Assembly (NCBI GenBank): GCA_937625935.1
Contig: OW569378.1
Location: 310,001 to 374,000 of the forward strand
Direction: 5' to 3'
DNA from: Tetramitus jugosus
Lineage: Eukaryota; Protista; Heterolobosea
DNA length: 64,000 bases
Shown: piece by piece, positions 9,665 to 20,811 of the stretch
How positions within the stretch are numbered: position 1 is the first letter of the stretch
Layout: every line of letters starts with the position of its first letter
Translations under genes and position numbers: made by a program
Notes under the pieces: generated by a model
Databases searched by the model: none
The model's input: only the letters and a program-made list of their open reading frames with translations
What the model was told of the DNA's origin: nothing

Positions 9665-11629
9665 TTATTCAACAGGCCGATATATACAAGCAATGATTAA
9701 CCAGACGACAGACACGGATTCAGGGTATGGGAAGATGCGAACTCGAATACCGAACCGTATTTGATCTCCTACACACTCGAGAATATCTTTAAAGCTGCGA
9801 TGTCTTAGACAAGCGGCAAGAATTCGTTTGCTGTTCGTGTGATTCAATTGAATGGGAAATCCCTTGAAGGTGTGACCGTCGGGCACAGTGTTCTTGACAC
9901 ACTCCTGGAATTCTGCCATGATGGTGTGGGAGGCAATGTTGGAAATGGAGGATAGTTCGTAACTTTGGAGTGCTGGTGTTAGAATGTAACCCATTTCTTC
10001 ATCCCAGCTCGTACTCAATCCGAGGTCTTTTCTTGATGATTCAATGAGTTTCTTCAATTGAAGCTCAGTGTCCTCTTCGGTTCTATATGCATTTCCGATT
10101 GGAGGACAGAGTGGCAATCTGGGAAATCGTTTCACCAATCCTAGCTTCATACGACTCATTGATTTCCACATGGACTCGTTATCCAAATCAAAGATACAAT
10201 TACTGATGCTGTCTGTTTTCTGAATGTTGGCAAAGAAGTTTTCGTGATTGAAGAGACATCCTATAGTTTGGAAGTGGTGATTCTCAGAGTGCTGCCCATA
10301 CTTTGTTCCATTTACACTGTCCCAGAATGAAACTTTACCATCGCTGCTCTTGGTCATCACCCACACTTTAGGCCCTTTGTTGTCTGTTCCGATACAGACA
10401 TAGGCATCCAGCTTGAAGCCCAAGAACAGGGAGCACAAGAGAATTGAATGATTCTCTGCGCAGCCACTCTGTTTACACAGGAACGCATGGTTAGTCCACC
10501 AAATCTCCTTCGTAGTCCCAGATAGAGCTGGGTTGTGTTGTTCGTGTGCAATGCAACTCACAAAACGAGCTGCCGTCGATGGTGAGTCGAGTAGCCTATC
10601 AGCTCGCAATGGAGTAACAAAAGCTACTACTGGTCTCGTATTGCCATTCTCGGCCTCAGCGTACAACTTTACGACTCGAGATTTGTGCGACTCTCGAATC
10701 TGTTGATATTCCTCGTACCATTGCTTACTGTAGATGTAAAACTCTCGCTCTGCTTGGGTCTCCCTATTCTTCTCAATGTTCACTTGGTTGGCAATCTCGT
10801 TCTCTGAAATATTGATGGAAGGTTTTGGTACTAGCTCCAATCGAATCTCGAGCAATCCCTTTGGAACTGTCATCTCATATCCTGCTCCACCTCCCAGTTC
10901 TACACTCATCATTATCACTCCTCTCTTCAACACTTTTCTCCATTCCAACATGTGACCTCCAACAAAGTGATACCGCCCCTCTTCATCCTGCCTTATCACA
11001 ACAAGATGAATCGGCGTGTTCATCTGAAGAATCGCACTGGCCTCATCAAATCGAAGATCATGTCGATCTTCCAAGTTTAACTCAATCATAAAATCTTCGT
11101 CAAATGCTGGATTCACACAGCAGGACACTGGTGAAGATCGAAATCTCTGATCACCAAAGTGAACACAAACCATCATCTTCTCTCGACTCTGGGGGTTCAT
11201 TGTTGTTAGTTACTTTTATCAACAAATACTTTAAGCATGAGTACATCGCGATTAACTTACATTTTCTTCATCCGGTTGCTCCAGGAATGCCTTGCCTGCC
11301 ATCAACTTGAAATGAAGGAATTTCTTATTCTTCAAGTTCTTCAGTTGAGTCAATGGAGTTGGTGATGTAAAGCTTGGATCGTTTCGAACTGAAGCAAGGT
11401 TTCCCTGACCGTTGATCGTGTTGATCACTTGTTCAAGAACACCTCTCTGTCGCAACGATTGAAGAACACCTTCCTCAGAATTCAAATCCAGAATTTCTTG
11501 GTTCTGGTTCATGAAGTCTGCCAAAACAGTTCGTATTTGACCATAGACATCCTTTGAACGCAACTGAAGATCGATTAATCTCTTTAGCTCTTTAACTTGC
11601 TCCTGTGAAATATTGCTCAGATCGTTCAT
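9665..11629 (-). CDS. CEP76: Centrosomal protein CEP76 (C2 + transglutaminase-like); intron 11189-11260
   Basis: ELKRLIDLQLR..DVYGQIR, FLHFKLMAGKAFLE, HFGDQRFRSSPVSC..NPAFDEDF, YSKQWYEEY, PLRADRLLDSPSTAARFVS, HSILLCSLFLGF.LDAYVCIGT. GTAAGT...CTAAC...CAG intron keeps the frame. Confidence 0.9.
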
Positions 11630-11724
11630 ATCAAGAATACTGTATCGGAGCACCAGAATGTTCAGAACGCAATGTTTTTTACTGTAGTTAATTTAGTGAG
11701 GGCAGAAAGCGCGCCAAGAAACAT

Positions 11725-12796
11725 TTACACAACTTGATTCTCTCCATAAGAATACATGCTTTCAGTTGGAGCAGCAGTGCTCATGTTTCTGACGGGAGCT
11801 TCAGCGGATCGAGCGCTTCTTCTTTGGAGGAACAACCACAAGAACCAATGAGCAATGAGCAGACCAGTCCAAATCACCAATGGGAAAGCGAACCAAGGGA
11901 ACACAAACACCTTTCCTGGATGAGAGTAGCACCAAGCCAAGAAAATGATTCCGTTACCAAAGAACCAACACAAGACATGAATGTGGAAGTGAGTGCGATA
12001 AGCAGGGAACAAGGCAAAGGTGGCATGAATACAGAGACACAAAGCAAGGACAGCTACGGGATAAATGGACCATGGATAACCCCTCTCGCCAGCGGCGTGC
12101 TCATTCGTAAGAATAAGCATGAATGTGGTGAGAACAGAGATGACAAAGTGATAAGTGAAGCCCTGAGTACCCAACAATGGCTTCTTCGTTCCAGAAATAT
12201 ACACAACACCAATGGTCACCAGTCCAACCCACCAGACATGAATAAACCATGGATAACCTATTCAATCATTATATGTGTGAATAACTTTTGTTTGCTTAAA
12301 AAAATCAACTCCAGAAAAAAAACTTACCATAAGGCGTAGTGAACAAGAAGATGAGCAAACACAGTGACATGATCATCGCCAGAATGATAGTCAACCGAAC
12401 AAATAGCTTTGGGTGCTTATGATCAGAGATTCCATTTGCGCCCATAATAATACTATCCTCAGCCAACGTCAACTTTCCTGCCAAAGCTCCAACCTTTCCT
12501 CTGATTCCTGTTGTTTGTTCAGATGAACTTGAGATGCCACCACCAGAAGTATATGATGTTTGATTCAACGGTTGCTGTTGTTGCTGTGGTGTCATATAGT
12601 TATTGCCATATGGATCCACACTTTCATTGCCATAAAAGTTGTCCAGGTGTTGCTGGGACTGAAAGTCCGATGGCGGAGCGGGGAATGGATCAGAAGAAAC
12701 TCCGATGTTGGAGGCATACTCCACTGGAGGATTCGTGTTGGTGTTGTTACTGGGTAACATGTACGGATTACTGTTATTGTTGTTGTATGGATCCAT
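11725..12796 (-). CDS. Multi-pass membrane protein with repeated 2TM-domain-like units; intron 12258-12327
   Basis: N/P/Q-rich N-terminus, then three hairpin units each with a (Y/F)PW motif (YPWFIHV, YPWSIYP, FPWFAFP) and preceding F..H motifs. GTAAGT...TAG intron joins the ORFs in frame. Confidence 0.6.
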
Positions 12797-13021
12797 AGCT
12801 TGTGTTTTTTCAATTGTGATGGTGATTTGTGTTTCTTTTTGTTTGATGACCAACAACGAAAGAGCTTTCAGTTTCTGGTTGGATCCGAGTCGGATAAATT
12901 TTGTATTAGAGCTAATTTTGGGTATCTCAGCGAACTCCCTTCCACGACTGGACTAGACAATTACTGGTTTCTACAACAGTTGAATGATTGATATACATGT
13001 TGACAATGGAAGCGGCACCAA

Positions 13022-14394
13022 TTACTTGTTCCTTCTGTACTGGGCGAGCTTCTTGAATCCTTCTTCAGCACTCTTCAGTGTTTCCTCGTCCTTGCAGAAA
13101 CAGAATCGTGCGTAACCTTCACTCAATCGCTTATGCTCCTCACTGTAGAAGGAACTGGGAGGAATAGCTGCCAATCCAATCGCTTCTGGCAGCCACAAGC
13201 AAAATTGGTAATCTCTTGGCACACCAGAGTTTGGATCGTATGGGAAATCGATATCTGAAATATCAACCAACACAAAGTACCCACTTGTGGCCAGAATAGG
13301 CTTGAATCCATACTTTTCCAACAGAGAAACAAGCAAATCAGCTCGACTCTTCAACATGTTCTGCAACTTCTCAAAATATCCATTTTGCAAGCTCTGTTCA
13401 ATCGAGTCTGCCACAGCCAATTGAATCGGCTTCGACACACAGAAAACTTTGTACTGATTCACGAGATAGGCAGTATAAATCAGTTCCTTTGGACCAATCA
13501 ACCAACCACATTTCCATCCAGTGACCGAAAAGGTCTTACTGGCACTACAGATTGTAATGGTTCGATCCCACATGCCAGGAATGTTTGCAATTCGTTCATG
13601 CTGCTGCTTTGAAGGATCAAAACACAAAAACTCGTACACTTCATCACTAAACACCAATAAATTATGCTTGATGGCCACATTTGCAATCATTTGTAGCTCT
13701 GCTCGTGAAAAAATCTTTCCTGTTGGATTGTGTGGCGTATTGATCACAATGGCCTTCGTTTTCGATGTAATCTTGCTCTCCAACTCGTTTTGATCAAGTA
13801 TCCAGTCCTCTGCAGTCTGTTTCGATGATGATGATGATTGTGTCCTGAGTCTCAATGGAACAAACACTGGTACACCACCTGCCATTTGAGTCGCATTCGG
13901 ATACGCATCATAAAACGGTTCAATAATCACAACTTCTTCTCCTTCATTGACAAAACTGCTGAGACACACAAACAGACCATCACTTGCTCCATTCGTCACC
14001 AACACTTCACTCGCAGCATCAATCTTTCGATTCTCAAACAAATTCAACGTATTGTACAGGTTAGCAATAGACAGTGAGAGCTTTGGATCACCAGATGCCT
14101 TTGCATATTGATGAGCCAACGGATCAGCAGAGTGCTTTTGCAAATGAGAGAGAATAAATGGTTCGACGTTCCAGTTGGGAAATCCTTGACCTAGGTTGAC
14201 TGCATTGTACTTGATGGCCAATGGTGTAAAAGTGGACCATATGCTCTCTTATTTACAAAGTTTAGCAAGTGGTAAGTCATCAATACTACTATTGATCAAC
14301 GAAATAAAAAAAGATGTTTGTTTGACATACCTTTGAAGGGTTGGTTGCGCTTGGCTGGTTGTTGAAAAGAGGGTAATTGTTGTTGTTGAGACAT
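13022..14394 (-). CDS. Kynurenine aminotransferase / glutamine transaminase K (PLP class I/II); intron 14248-14330
   Basis: AVNLGQGFPN, INTPHNPTGK, SDEVYE, SASKTFSVTGWKCGW (PLP Lys), ARFCFCK. Short first exon MSQQQLPSFQQPAKRNQPFK joined by a GTATGT...AAG intron. Confidence 0.9.
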
Positions 14395-14642
14395 TGGTGA
14401 TCGTGTGGTGCTAAATGAGCAAAGTTGTTGTTGTACAGGACGATGCAATGCGGAAAGCTTTTTCATCATGTTTGCGGTGTGGTGTTTTTTCGCGCAGTGG
14501 GAAGTTCTCTCTTGATTGCGGACTCTTTAGGACTCCTGAAAAATGTTTGTCAATGTCATCTCTTATCTTTTGACATAGGAGATGATCGATAAATTGACAA
14601 ATTGATTAGTTAATATTCTTCACTTTATTGATGATAGTTGGC

Positions 14643-15362
14643 CTACTGAGGAGCATATACATTTGGGTCGGTCACAGAAATGTGTTGCACCTGAGCTTTT
14701 GGTGCTTGATTTGAAGAGTAGGCCGCAGCAGTTCCTCCTACAACCAAACCAATTGGTCCTGCAACCAATCCACCAAGAATCATTGCACCGGCAATGGTTC
14801 CGAATCCACCATTGCGAGCCTTGATTGGTTGGAACTCCCATTGTTGAGAAGGTGAGTTCTGGACAGGACCCCACAGGAATGGTGAGCGATGCTTTTCATC
14901 CAACTGTGGAATGGCAGCTGCTTTTCCATCGAGTGCCAATCCATTGCAAACATTGACAATAGTGTACGTGTTTGCTCCTTGAACAGGCACCAATCTCCAT
15001 CGATGATTGGCTGCCTCTGGATGAGGTTCATACAGGAATGGAGCTGGATGTGCAGGAGAATGTTGTGGCACATTAATATTACCATCCAGTGCTCTTGGCT
15101 GGTCATGATACAGCGTAGTCAGAATATATTCACCATTCTGAACGTGCTCTACATTCCAATGATGGTTCTTTGACTTGTGATTGGCCTTGTACACAAACAC
15201 TCTCTCATGTTTGTTGCATGTTTGCTTTGCTGCACGCACATTGGCATCTAAACAGAGTTGTGACTCCTTGTTGACAATGACGTAGCTGCCATTGGCAGGG
15301 CCGACAATAACAGAGGAAACAGGGTTGTATGGTTGCTGTGGAGGCACGACTTGATACTGCAT
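14643..15362 (-). CDS. Ricin B-type (beta-trefoil) lectin with C-terminal glycine-zipper hydrophobic segment
   Basis: Three repeats Y.I.N..S..(C/A)LD...(N/Q)xxW (NHHWN, NHRWR, SQQWE); C-terminal GFGTIAGAMILGGLVAGPIGLVVGGTAAA. ATG at 15362. Confidence 0.75.
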   Translation of the reverse strand: MQYQVVPPQQPYNPVSSVIVGPANGSYVIVNKESQLCLDANVRAAKQTCNKHERVFVYKANHKSKNHHWNVEHVQNGEYILTTLYHDQPRALDGNINVPQHSPAHPAPFLYEPHPEAANHRWRLVPVQGANTYTIVNVCNGLALDGKAAAIPQLDEKHRSPFLWGPVQNSPSQQWEFQPIKARNGGFGTIAGAMILGGLVAGPIGLVVGGTAAAYSSNQAPKAQVQHISVTDPNVYAPQ

Positions 15363-15720
15363 TATTGAATATGTATTTTGTTTTGTGGTGTTTGTGTAGT
15401 TCGTGGTTTGTGGACCGACTGTGAGTTTCCAATTTCTTATCAATGTTGGCTGGGATTTCTGCAAGGGTCGGGGTTTCAAGTATCCAGTTGAGTAATTGCC
15501 CAATATCTTCCGAGAAGGGGAGGATCATTAAAATTTGATGGATCAAAGCGGAACACATACGGTATGTACTCAACCAGTCACACAGTTTTGAGAGGTTACA
15601 AAAGTTTTAGGAGCATTTCAAATTGTGCACAGAAACCAACATGACAGGAAAGATCCAATTAGGAACGAGATGCGCTCTTTTGTATTCTTCAAGGCCTTCA
15701 AGTGGTTTTATCCATACAAT

Positions 15721-17058
15721 TCAGCTTGTGAGACAAGAAAGTAGTACGATGACAGTCATAAGTATTCCGAGACCGTAATTGATGTTGAATGCACTGCTAA
15801 CACTGCTAGCCATCCCTTTGGAAAAAGCGAGATCCAATGCCTTGGACCACAATTCAGGTCTTGTCACTGACTGCCACTTCTGTTCAATATGTAGAAATGC
15901 GCCGGTGACTGTTTGGGATTGAGTTGAACAGACTGTGCTGAGATTTAAAGGCTTTTCTGGATTGTAGTTAAGCACCCGGCCCTGTACGTTCGATTTGCCA
16001 TTCAACCTGCAGGGATTAATGTACGGTGTTGTCACATTCCACTTTGATTCCAGACCGAGAATTGACTCTCGTAACAAGACAAGATTTTGATTTGGTTTGG
16101 CACTCTGGTCTGGCAGATCAACATATCCATTCGACATGAAAACTGTGATATTAGAGCATGATGTGTCTGCCATACCATGAAGTTGCACACAGAGAAGCTT
16201 GTCATACTTTTGAAGATCCGCATACAAGTATCGTATCGCAATCGTGGCATGCTGAAACAGATTGTTTGTGTTGTGTGCCACATCTGTTTCATAGTTAGTC
16301 GGTTGACATGTACTATTAATCTCAGATGCACTTCTCGTTGATCCTCCAATCATCAAACTCTTTGTTACGTTCGATTCCCGTAGCACTGATGTTCCTTGTT
16401 GTGCTACCTTTCCATCCGTTATTGGATGAGCAATCTGCAAATGTACATCCAAATAGGCATTGTCAGAAGCCAATAAACGATCATAGGATTCCCACGTGTC
16501 CACCATTTTTGTTTTCACAATAAGCGTTGGCCACCCCAGAGTTAAATTACGTTGCATGATTCCACAATAACCATGTGCACTATCGCTCCATTGTAACCAC
16601 TCGATTCTATACTCGTTGAGCAACGCACTTAATCGATCATTCAACTGTTCGCACAATTGTTGTGCTTCTTGAGCGTTCCACGACTCTACTCTGCCCGAGT
16701 ATGATGACATCGTTGTTGCCGTACTGTGAGACAATTTCCACATCTCACCGACAAGCATCTTCCATTCATCCGTTTGCTTCTCATTGGGAGTCACCATACG
16801 ACCAGTGAGTGCACCCTTTTGTGGCATACCCTCCAGCAAGCACCGTACCATATCGTCCATGGTCCCTTGTGTGGCACAAGGTGCACGTTGTAATGTTACT
16901 CCGATCTGCTGAGTCTTGTTCGCATCGGAGAGCTGACTGAGATTGGATAACACCGTGAAAATCGATTTGATCAACACCAAGGTGACAAAGAGGCCAATGA
17001 GCGTGTAGGCAATGTATGATATTTTCCGTGATGCCAAGTATCGTTCCCAGGTCTGCAT
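15721..17058 (-). CDS. Membrane-anchored extracellular protein, putative Zn-metallohydrolase (PghP/amidohydrolase-like motifs)
   Basis: N-terminal TM aa ~15-37, Cys-rich ectodomain with AHPxxD, TDVAH, QLHG, SNVQGR, FLHIEQ; GPI-signal-like C-terminus. Confidence 0.55.
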   Translation of the reverse strand: MQTWERYLASRKISYIAYTLIGLFVTLVLIKSIFTVLSNLSQLSDANKTQQIGVTLQRAPCATQGTMDDMVRCLLEGMPQKGALTGRMVTPNEKQTDEWKMLVGEMWKLSHSTATTMSSYSGRVESWNAQEAQQLCEQLNDRLSALLNEYRIEWLQWSDSAHGYCGIMQRNLTLGWPTLIVKTKMVDTWESYDRLLASDNAYLDVHLQIAHPITDGKVAQQGTSVLRESNVTKSLMIGGSTRSASEINSTCQPTNYETDVAHNTNNLFQHATIAIRYLYADLQKYDKLLCVQLHGMADTSCSNITVFMSNGYVDLPDQSAKPNQNLVLLRESILGLESKWNVTTPYINPCRLNGKSNVQGRVLNYNPEKPLNLSTVCSTQSQTVTGAFLHIEQKWQSVTRPELWSKALDLAFSKGMASSVSSAFNINYGLGILMTVIVLLSCLTS

Positions 17059-17515
17059 TGGTTTTTGATTGCTTTGTCGGATAAATTTGGGGAAGCGGAA
17101 AAAAGTTTTATTTCAATGCAGTTCGGTCCGATTCATTTCTTTTACAACTTTGTGTTCCTTATACAATCAACTACAGTCGTTCCTGCTTCGAGCGCCTCTT
17201 TGAATGAATGGTGGGATGATCACCTTTTGTGGCCACATTTATAGTGGATGAGATGGTTTTACAGAGGAAAGTGAAATTGATATTGGAGTTCCAACATATT
17301 CTTGCAATTCGAAGACATGGTAAGTTGAACAGGAAGAATCTCCAATGTATGATGAGAAAAATACGCAAAAGAACTGTTGGTGACATTCCATCATCCAGAT
17401 GACAGCAAGCCCGATACCTCTCGATCTGATTGTTCAATCAGAAAACATCACCCAGATCAGCAAAAAAAACCAACATCCAACAAAACAAACACATAAAGCT
17501 TATTCACAGGAGAGA

Positions 17516-20500
17516 ATGTCTTTCAACAAACGAAAGATTCTCTTGGAACGTTTTGAAAAGTTTACAAGTGATAGTTACTTTACCAAGGTCAATTTGTTGA
17601 GCAGGGTCTATCCTCAACAACAAGACATTGATCTCAATGACATTTACTACTATAGTGTTCCTAACCTGGAGAGAGCACCACCAAAGAAGATTATTGAGCA
17701 TGCCAAGCAATTGTTCACCAAGAAGCTAAGTGAGAGAAGTGAAGGTTTGAGCTTTGGTCCTTCTTGGAGCACTCACTGGTTCCAACTCAACTTGCAAATA
17801 CCTGAGAGCTATCGTGGTAGTGAGGTTCATTTGTTGTGGGACTCAGAGAATGAGTTGTTGATTTTTGATGTGGATGGTGTTCCTTTGCAAGGTCTCACTG
17901 GAGGTGACTATCAAAAGAGACATCAGTACATTGTTCGAAAGGCCGACAGTACTGTATCCTCGGTTGTTCTCTATTTGGAGATGGCTTGTAATGGCATGTT
18001 TGGCGTTGGTAAGGATGGAATGATCAATGCACCTGATCCAAACCGAACCTTTACCATCAAGAAGAGAAAGATTGCTACTCTGGACAAGGAGGCCTATGAT
18101 TTGTTGATGGACTTTAAGATTATATCTGAAATGGCCAAGCACTTACCTGAGGACTCCAATCGAGGAAATCAAGCTCTTCAGTGTGCAAGTGACATTATTG
18201 ACCATTGTGATACCATGGATCGCAGTACTTGGCCTCGTGCTCAAAAGATGGCAAAAGATTTTCTCAAGGAGACCAATGGTTCCTCCCAGCATACCGTCAT
18301 ATGCGTAGGAAATTGTCATATTGATGTGGCATGGTTGTGGCCTTATGATGAAACGAGAAGAAAGTGTGGAAGATCATGGTCAAGCCAGTGCGAGTACATG
18401 GACTCCAATCCTAACTATATTTTTGCTCAGTCCCAGGCTCAATTGTTTGACTGGGTCAAGTCTGACTATCCAGAATTGTTCCAAAAAATCAAAATGTATG
18501 TGAATAAGGGACAATTCCTACCTGTTGGAGGTACATGGGTCGAAATGGACGGTATCTTGCCTTCTGGAGAAAGTATGGTTCGTCAGTTCTTGAAGGGACA
18601 GCGATTTTTTAAGCAAGAATTTGGTTCTTATGCAACAGAGTTCTGGTTGCCTGATTCATTTGGCTACAGTGGCCAATTGCCACAGATTATGATGGGAGCC
18701 AATATTTCTGCTTTTGTCACTCAAAAGCTGTCATGGAATATGATCAACAAATTCCCTAACACAACGTTCATGTGGGAGGGATTGGATGGCTCTCGAGTTG
18801 TATCACACTTCCCACCTGCTGACAATTATTGTGCTCATTGCGACGTTGAGCAGTTGTTGTTCATGGTCAAGAACGCACAAGGTAAGGACAAAATGAACTT
18901 TTCCTTGTCTTTGTACGGTCATGGTGATGGCGGCGGAGGACCAACTCCTGAAATGCTCGATCGTATCAAAATATGTGAGAATGTAGATGGCTTGCCAAAG
19001 CTTAAGTTTGGTACACCAAAAGAATTCTTTGAAATTTGCAAGGAGGTTGACAGTACACGAGGTTTGAATACCTGGAGAGGCGAATTGTATTTGGAAATGC
19101 ACAGAGGAACCTATACTTCTCAGGCATCAACAAAGAAGGGAAACAGAAAGGGTGAAATGTTGCTCCGTGATGTGGAGATTTTTTCAATCATTGCTGGATT
19201 ACACGAACAAAGCAAGTATCCAGAAGATGAATTGGATAAAATGTGGAAATTGTTGTTGCTAAATCAGTTCCATGATGTGTTACCTGGATCATCCATTAAG
19301 TTGGCTTACGATGATGCTCTCAGATACTATAATCAAATTCAAGAGAGTGGTGCTAAATTGAGGGATGAAGCATTGTCTAAAGTGTTACAATCTGCAACAT
19401 CAGATAGTGTAACAGTGTTCAACTCTGTTTCATGGGATCGAAGGGAAGTTGTTGAGTTGCCAAAGGGTGTTCAAGGCGCTCAAAAAACAGAGGCTGGTAC
19501 CTACTTGGCTCTTGTGGAGGCGCCATCCATTGGTTATCAATCACAATCAGTAGAAACGACCAATGTGGATGGCTTGGATATCCGCGAGGATGATGAATGT
19601 ATTACAATGGAAAACAAGTATATTTCTGTTGCGGTTCACAAGGAAAAGGGCACCTTGATCGTATTCGATAAGAGAGCAAAGAGAGTTGCAGTGAGGGATG
19701 CGAATCAATTCACGATGTTTGATGATATCCCATTGTTTTGGGATGCTTGGGATGTTGAATTCTACCATGTCAACAAACCTGCAAAGGTTGGTTTGCCATC
19801 CACAGTGTCTATCAAGGAAAATGGACCATTGAGAGTGAGTATTGAAGTTGTCACTCCAATCACTACTACGAGCACAATTACGCAACAAATTCAATTGACG
19901 GCCGTATCTCCTCGAATTGACTTTGTTACTCATGCTAAATGGCACGAAGCTCACAAGTTCTTGAAGGCTCAATTCCCAACAACTGTAAGAGCCAATTCTA
20001 CAACATACGAAGTTCAATTTGGTCACTTAACAAGACCAAACCATCGCAATACATCTTGGGATTGGGCTCAGTTTGAAGTTCACGGACACAAATGGGCAGA
20101 TATCAGTGAGTACAATTATGGAATTTCTCTGTTGAACGATTGCAAGTATGGATACTCTTGCCTCGATAACGTCATTAATCTGTCACTACTCCGTGCACCA
20201 AAGTCCCCTGACGACGAATGTGACATGGGTGACCATTACTTTACGTATTCTTTGTTGCCACATTTGGGTACTTTCCAAGCATCAGGCGTAATTCAAGAAG
20301 CGTACAACCTCAATGTACCACTGATTGTCAAGCCGAAAGCAATGGAAGACGCAAAGACTCACTCCTTTGTATCTATCAGTACTCCACAAGTCATTATTGA
20401 GTCAATCAAGAAGGCAGAAGATACCAATGATATCGTTGTGAGATTGTATGAAGCGCATGGAGGTAGTGTATCTGATGTGTTGCTCACCTTTGCCAAGCAG

Positions 20501-20638
20501 ATCAAATCAGTCAAATTATGCAACCTTCTGGAAGAGCCACTCGTCAATTCTTCCAATGCAACCTTGCATAACAAGAACGAAGTTACGATCCCTCACATGA
20601 AACCTTTTGAGATCGTTTCCCTTCTTATTCAATTGTAA
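17516..20638 (+). CDS. MAN2C1: Cytosolic alpha-mannosidase, GH38 (MAN2C1/Ams1 type)
   Basis: GNCHIDVAWLWP, GGTWVEMD, FWLPDSFGYSGQLPQI, GHGDGGGGPT, ELYLEMHRGTYTSQ, QFHDVLPGSSI, NTSWDWAQFEV. Confidence 0.95.
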   Translation: MSFNKRKILLERFEKFTSDSYFTKVNLLSRVYPQQQDIDLNDIYYYSVPNLERAPPKKIIEHAKQLFTKKLSERSEGLSFGPSWSTHWFQLNLQIPESYRGSEVHLLWDSENELLIFDVDGVPLQGLTGGDYQKRHQYIVRKADSTVSSVVLYLEMACNGMFGVGKDGMINAPDPNRTFTIKKRKIATLDKEAYDLLMDFKIISEMAKHLPEDSNRGNQALQCASDIIDHCDTMDRSTWPRAQKMAKDFLKETNGSSQHTVICVGNCHIDVAWLWPYDETRRKCGRSWSSQCEYMDSNPNYIFAQSQAQLFDWVKSDYPELFQKIKMYVNKGQFLPVGGTWVEMDGILPSGESMVRQFLKGQRFFKQEFGSYATEFWLPDSFGYSGQLPQIMMGANISAFVTQKLSWNMINKFPNTTFMWEGLDGSRVVSHFPPADNYCAHCDVEQLLFMVKNAQGKDKMNFSLSLYGHGDGGGGPTPEMLDRIKICENVDGLPKLKFGTPKEFFEICKEVDSTRGLNTWRGELYLEMHRGTYTSQASTKKGNRKGEMLLRDVEIFSIIAGLHEQSKYPEDELDKMWKLLLLNQFHDVLPGSSIKLAYDDALRYYNQIQESGAKLRDEALSKVLQSATSDSVTVFNSVSWDRREVVELPKGVQGAQKTEAGTYLALVEAPSIGYQSQSVETTNVDGLDIREDDECITMENKYISVAVHKEKGTLIVFDKRAKRVAVRDANQFTMFDDIPLFWDAWDVEFYHVNKPAKVGLPSTVSIKENGPLRVSIEVVTPITTTSTITQQIQLTAVSPRIDFVTHAKWHEAHKFLKAQFPTTVRANSTTYEVQFGHLTRPNHRNTSWDWAQFEVHGHKWADISEYNYGISLLNDCKYGYSCLDNVINLSLLRAPKSPDDECDMGDHYFTYSLLPHLGTFQASGVIQEAYNLNVPLIVKPKAMEDAKTHSFVSISTPQVIIESIKKAEDTNDIVVRLYEAHGGSVSDVLLTFAKQIKSVKLCNLLEEPLVNSSNATLHNKNEVTIPHMKPFEIVSLLIQL

Positions 20639-20811
20639 AGTAGCTCCTGCGTAGAATTAAAAAAAAATAGGGGTCATTTTTTCCCTCCAAAAAATGAAAC
20701 TTCTCGCAATTTGTGGAAAAGAGGCTCCATCACCATTTTGCCACTTTTTCTTCCAACCCTTCCACCAAGAGTCAAAAAACGATTGAAATTGTGAATTCCG
20801 CCACACCAAAG

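Noticed and set aside
11734-12339. 201-aa plus-strand ORF
   Set aside because: Antisense shadow of the hydrophobic membrane protein gene; no motifs.
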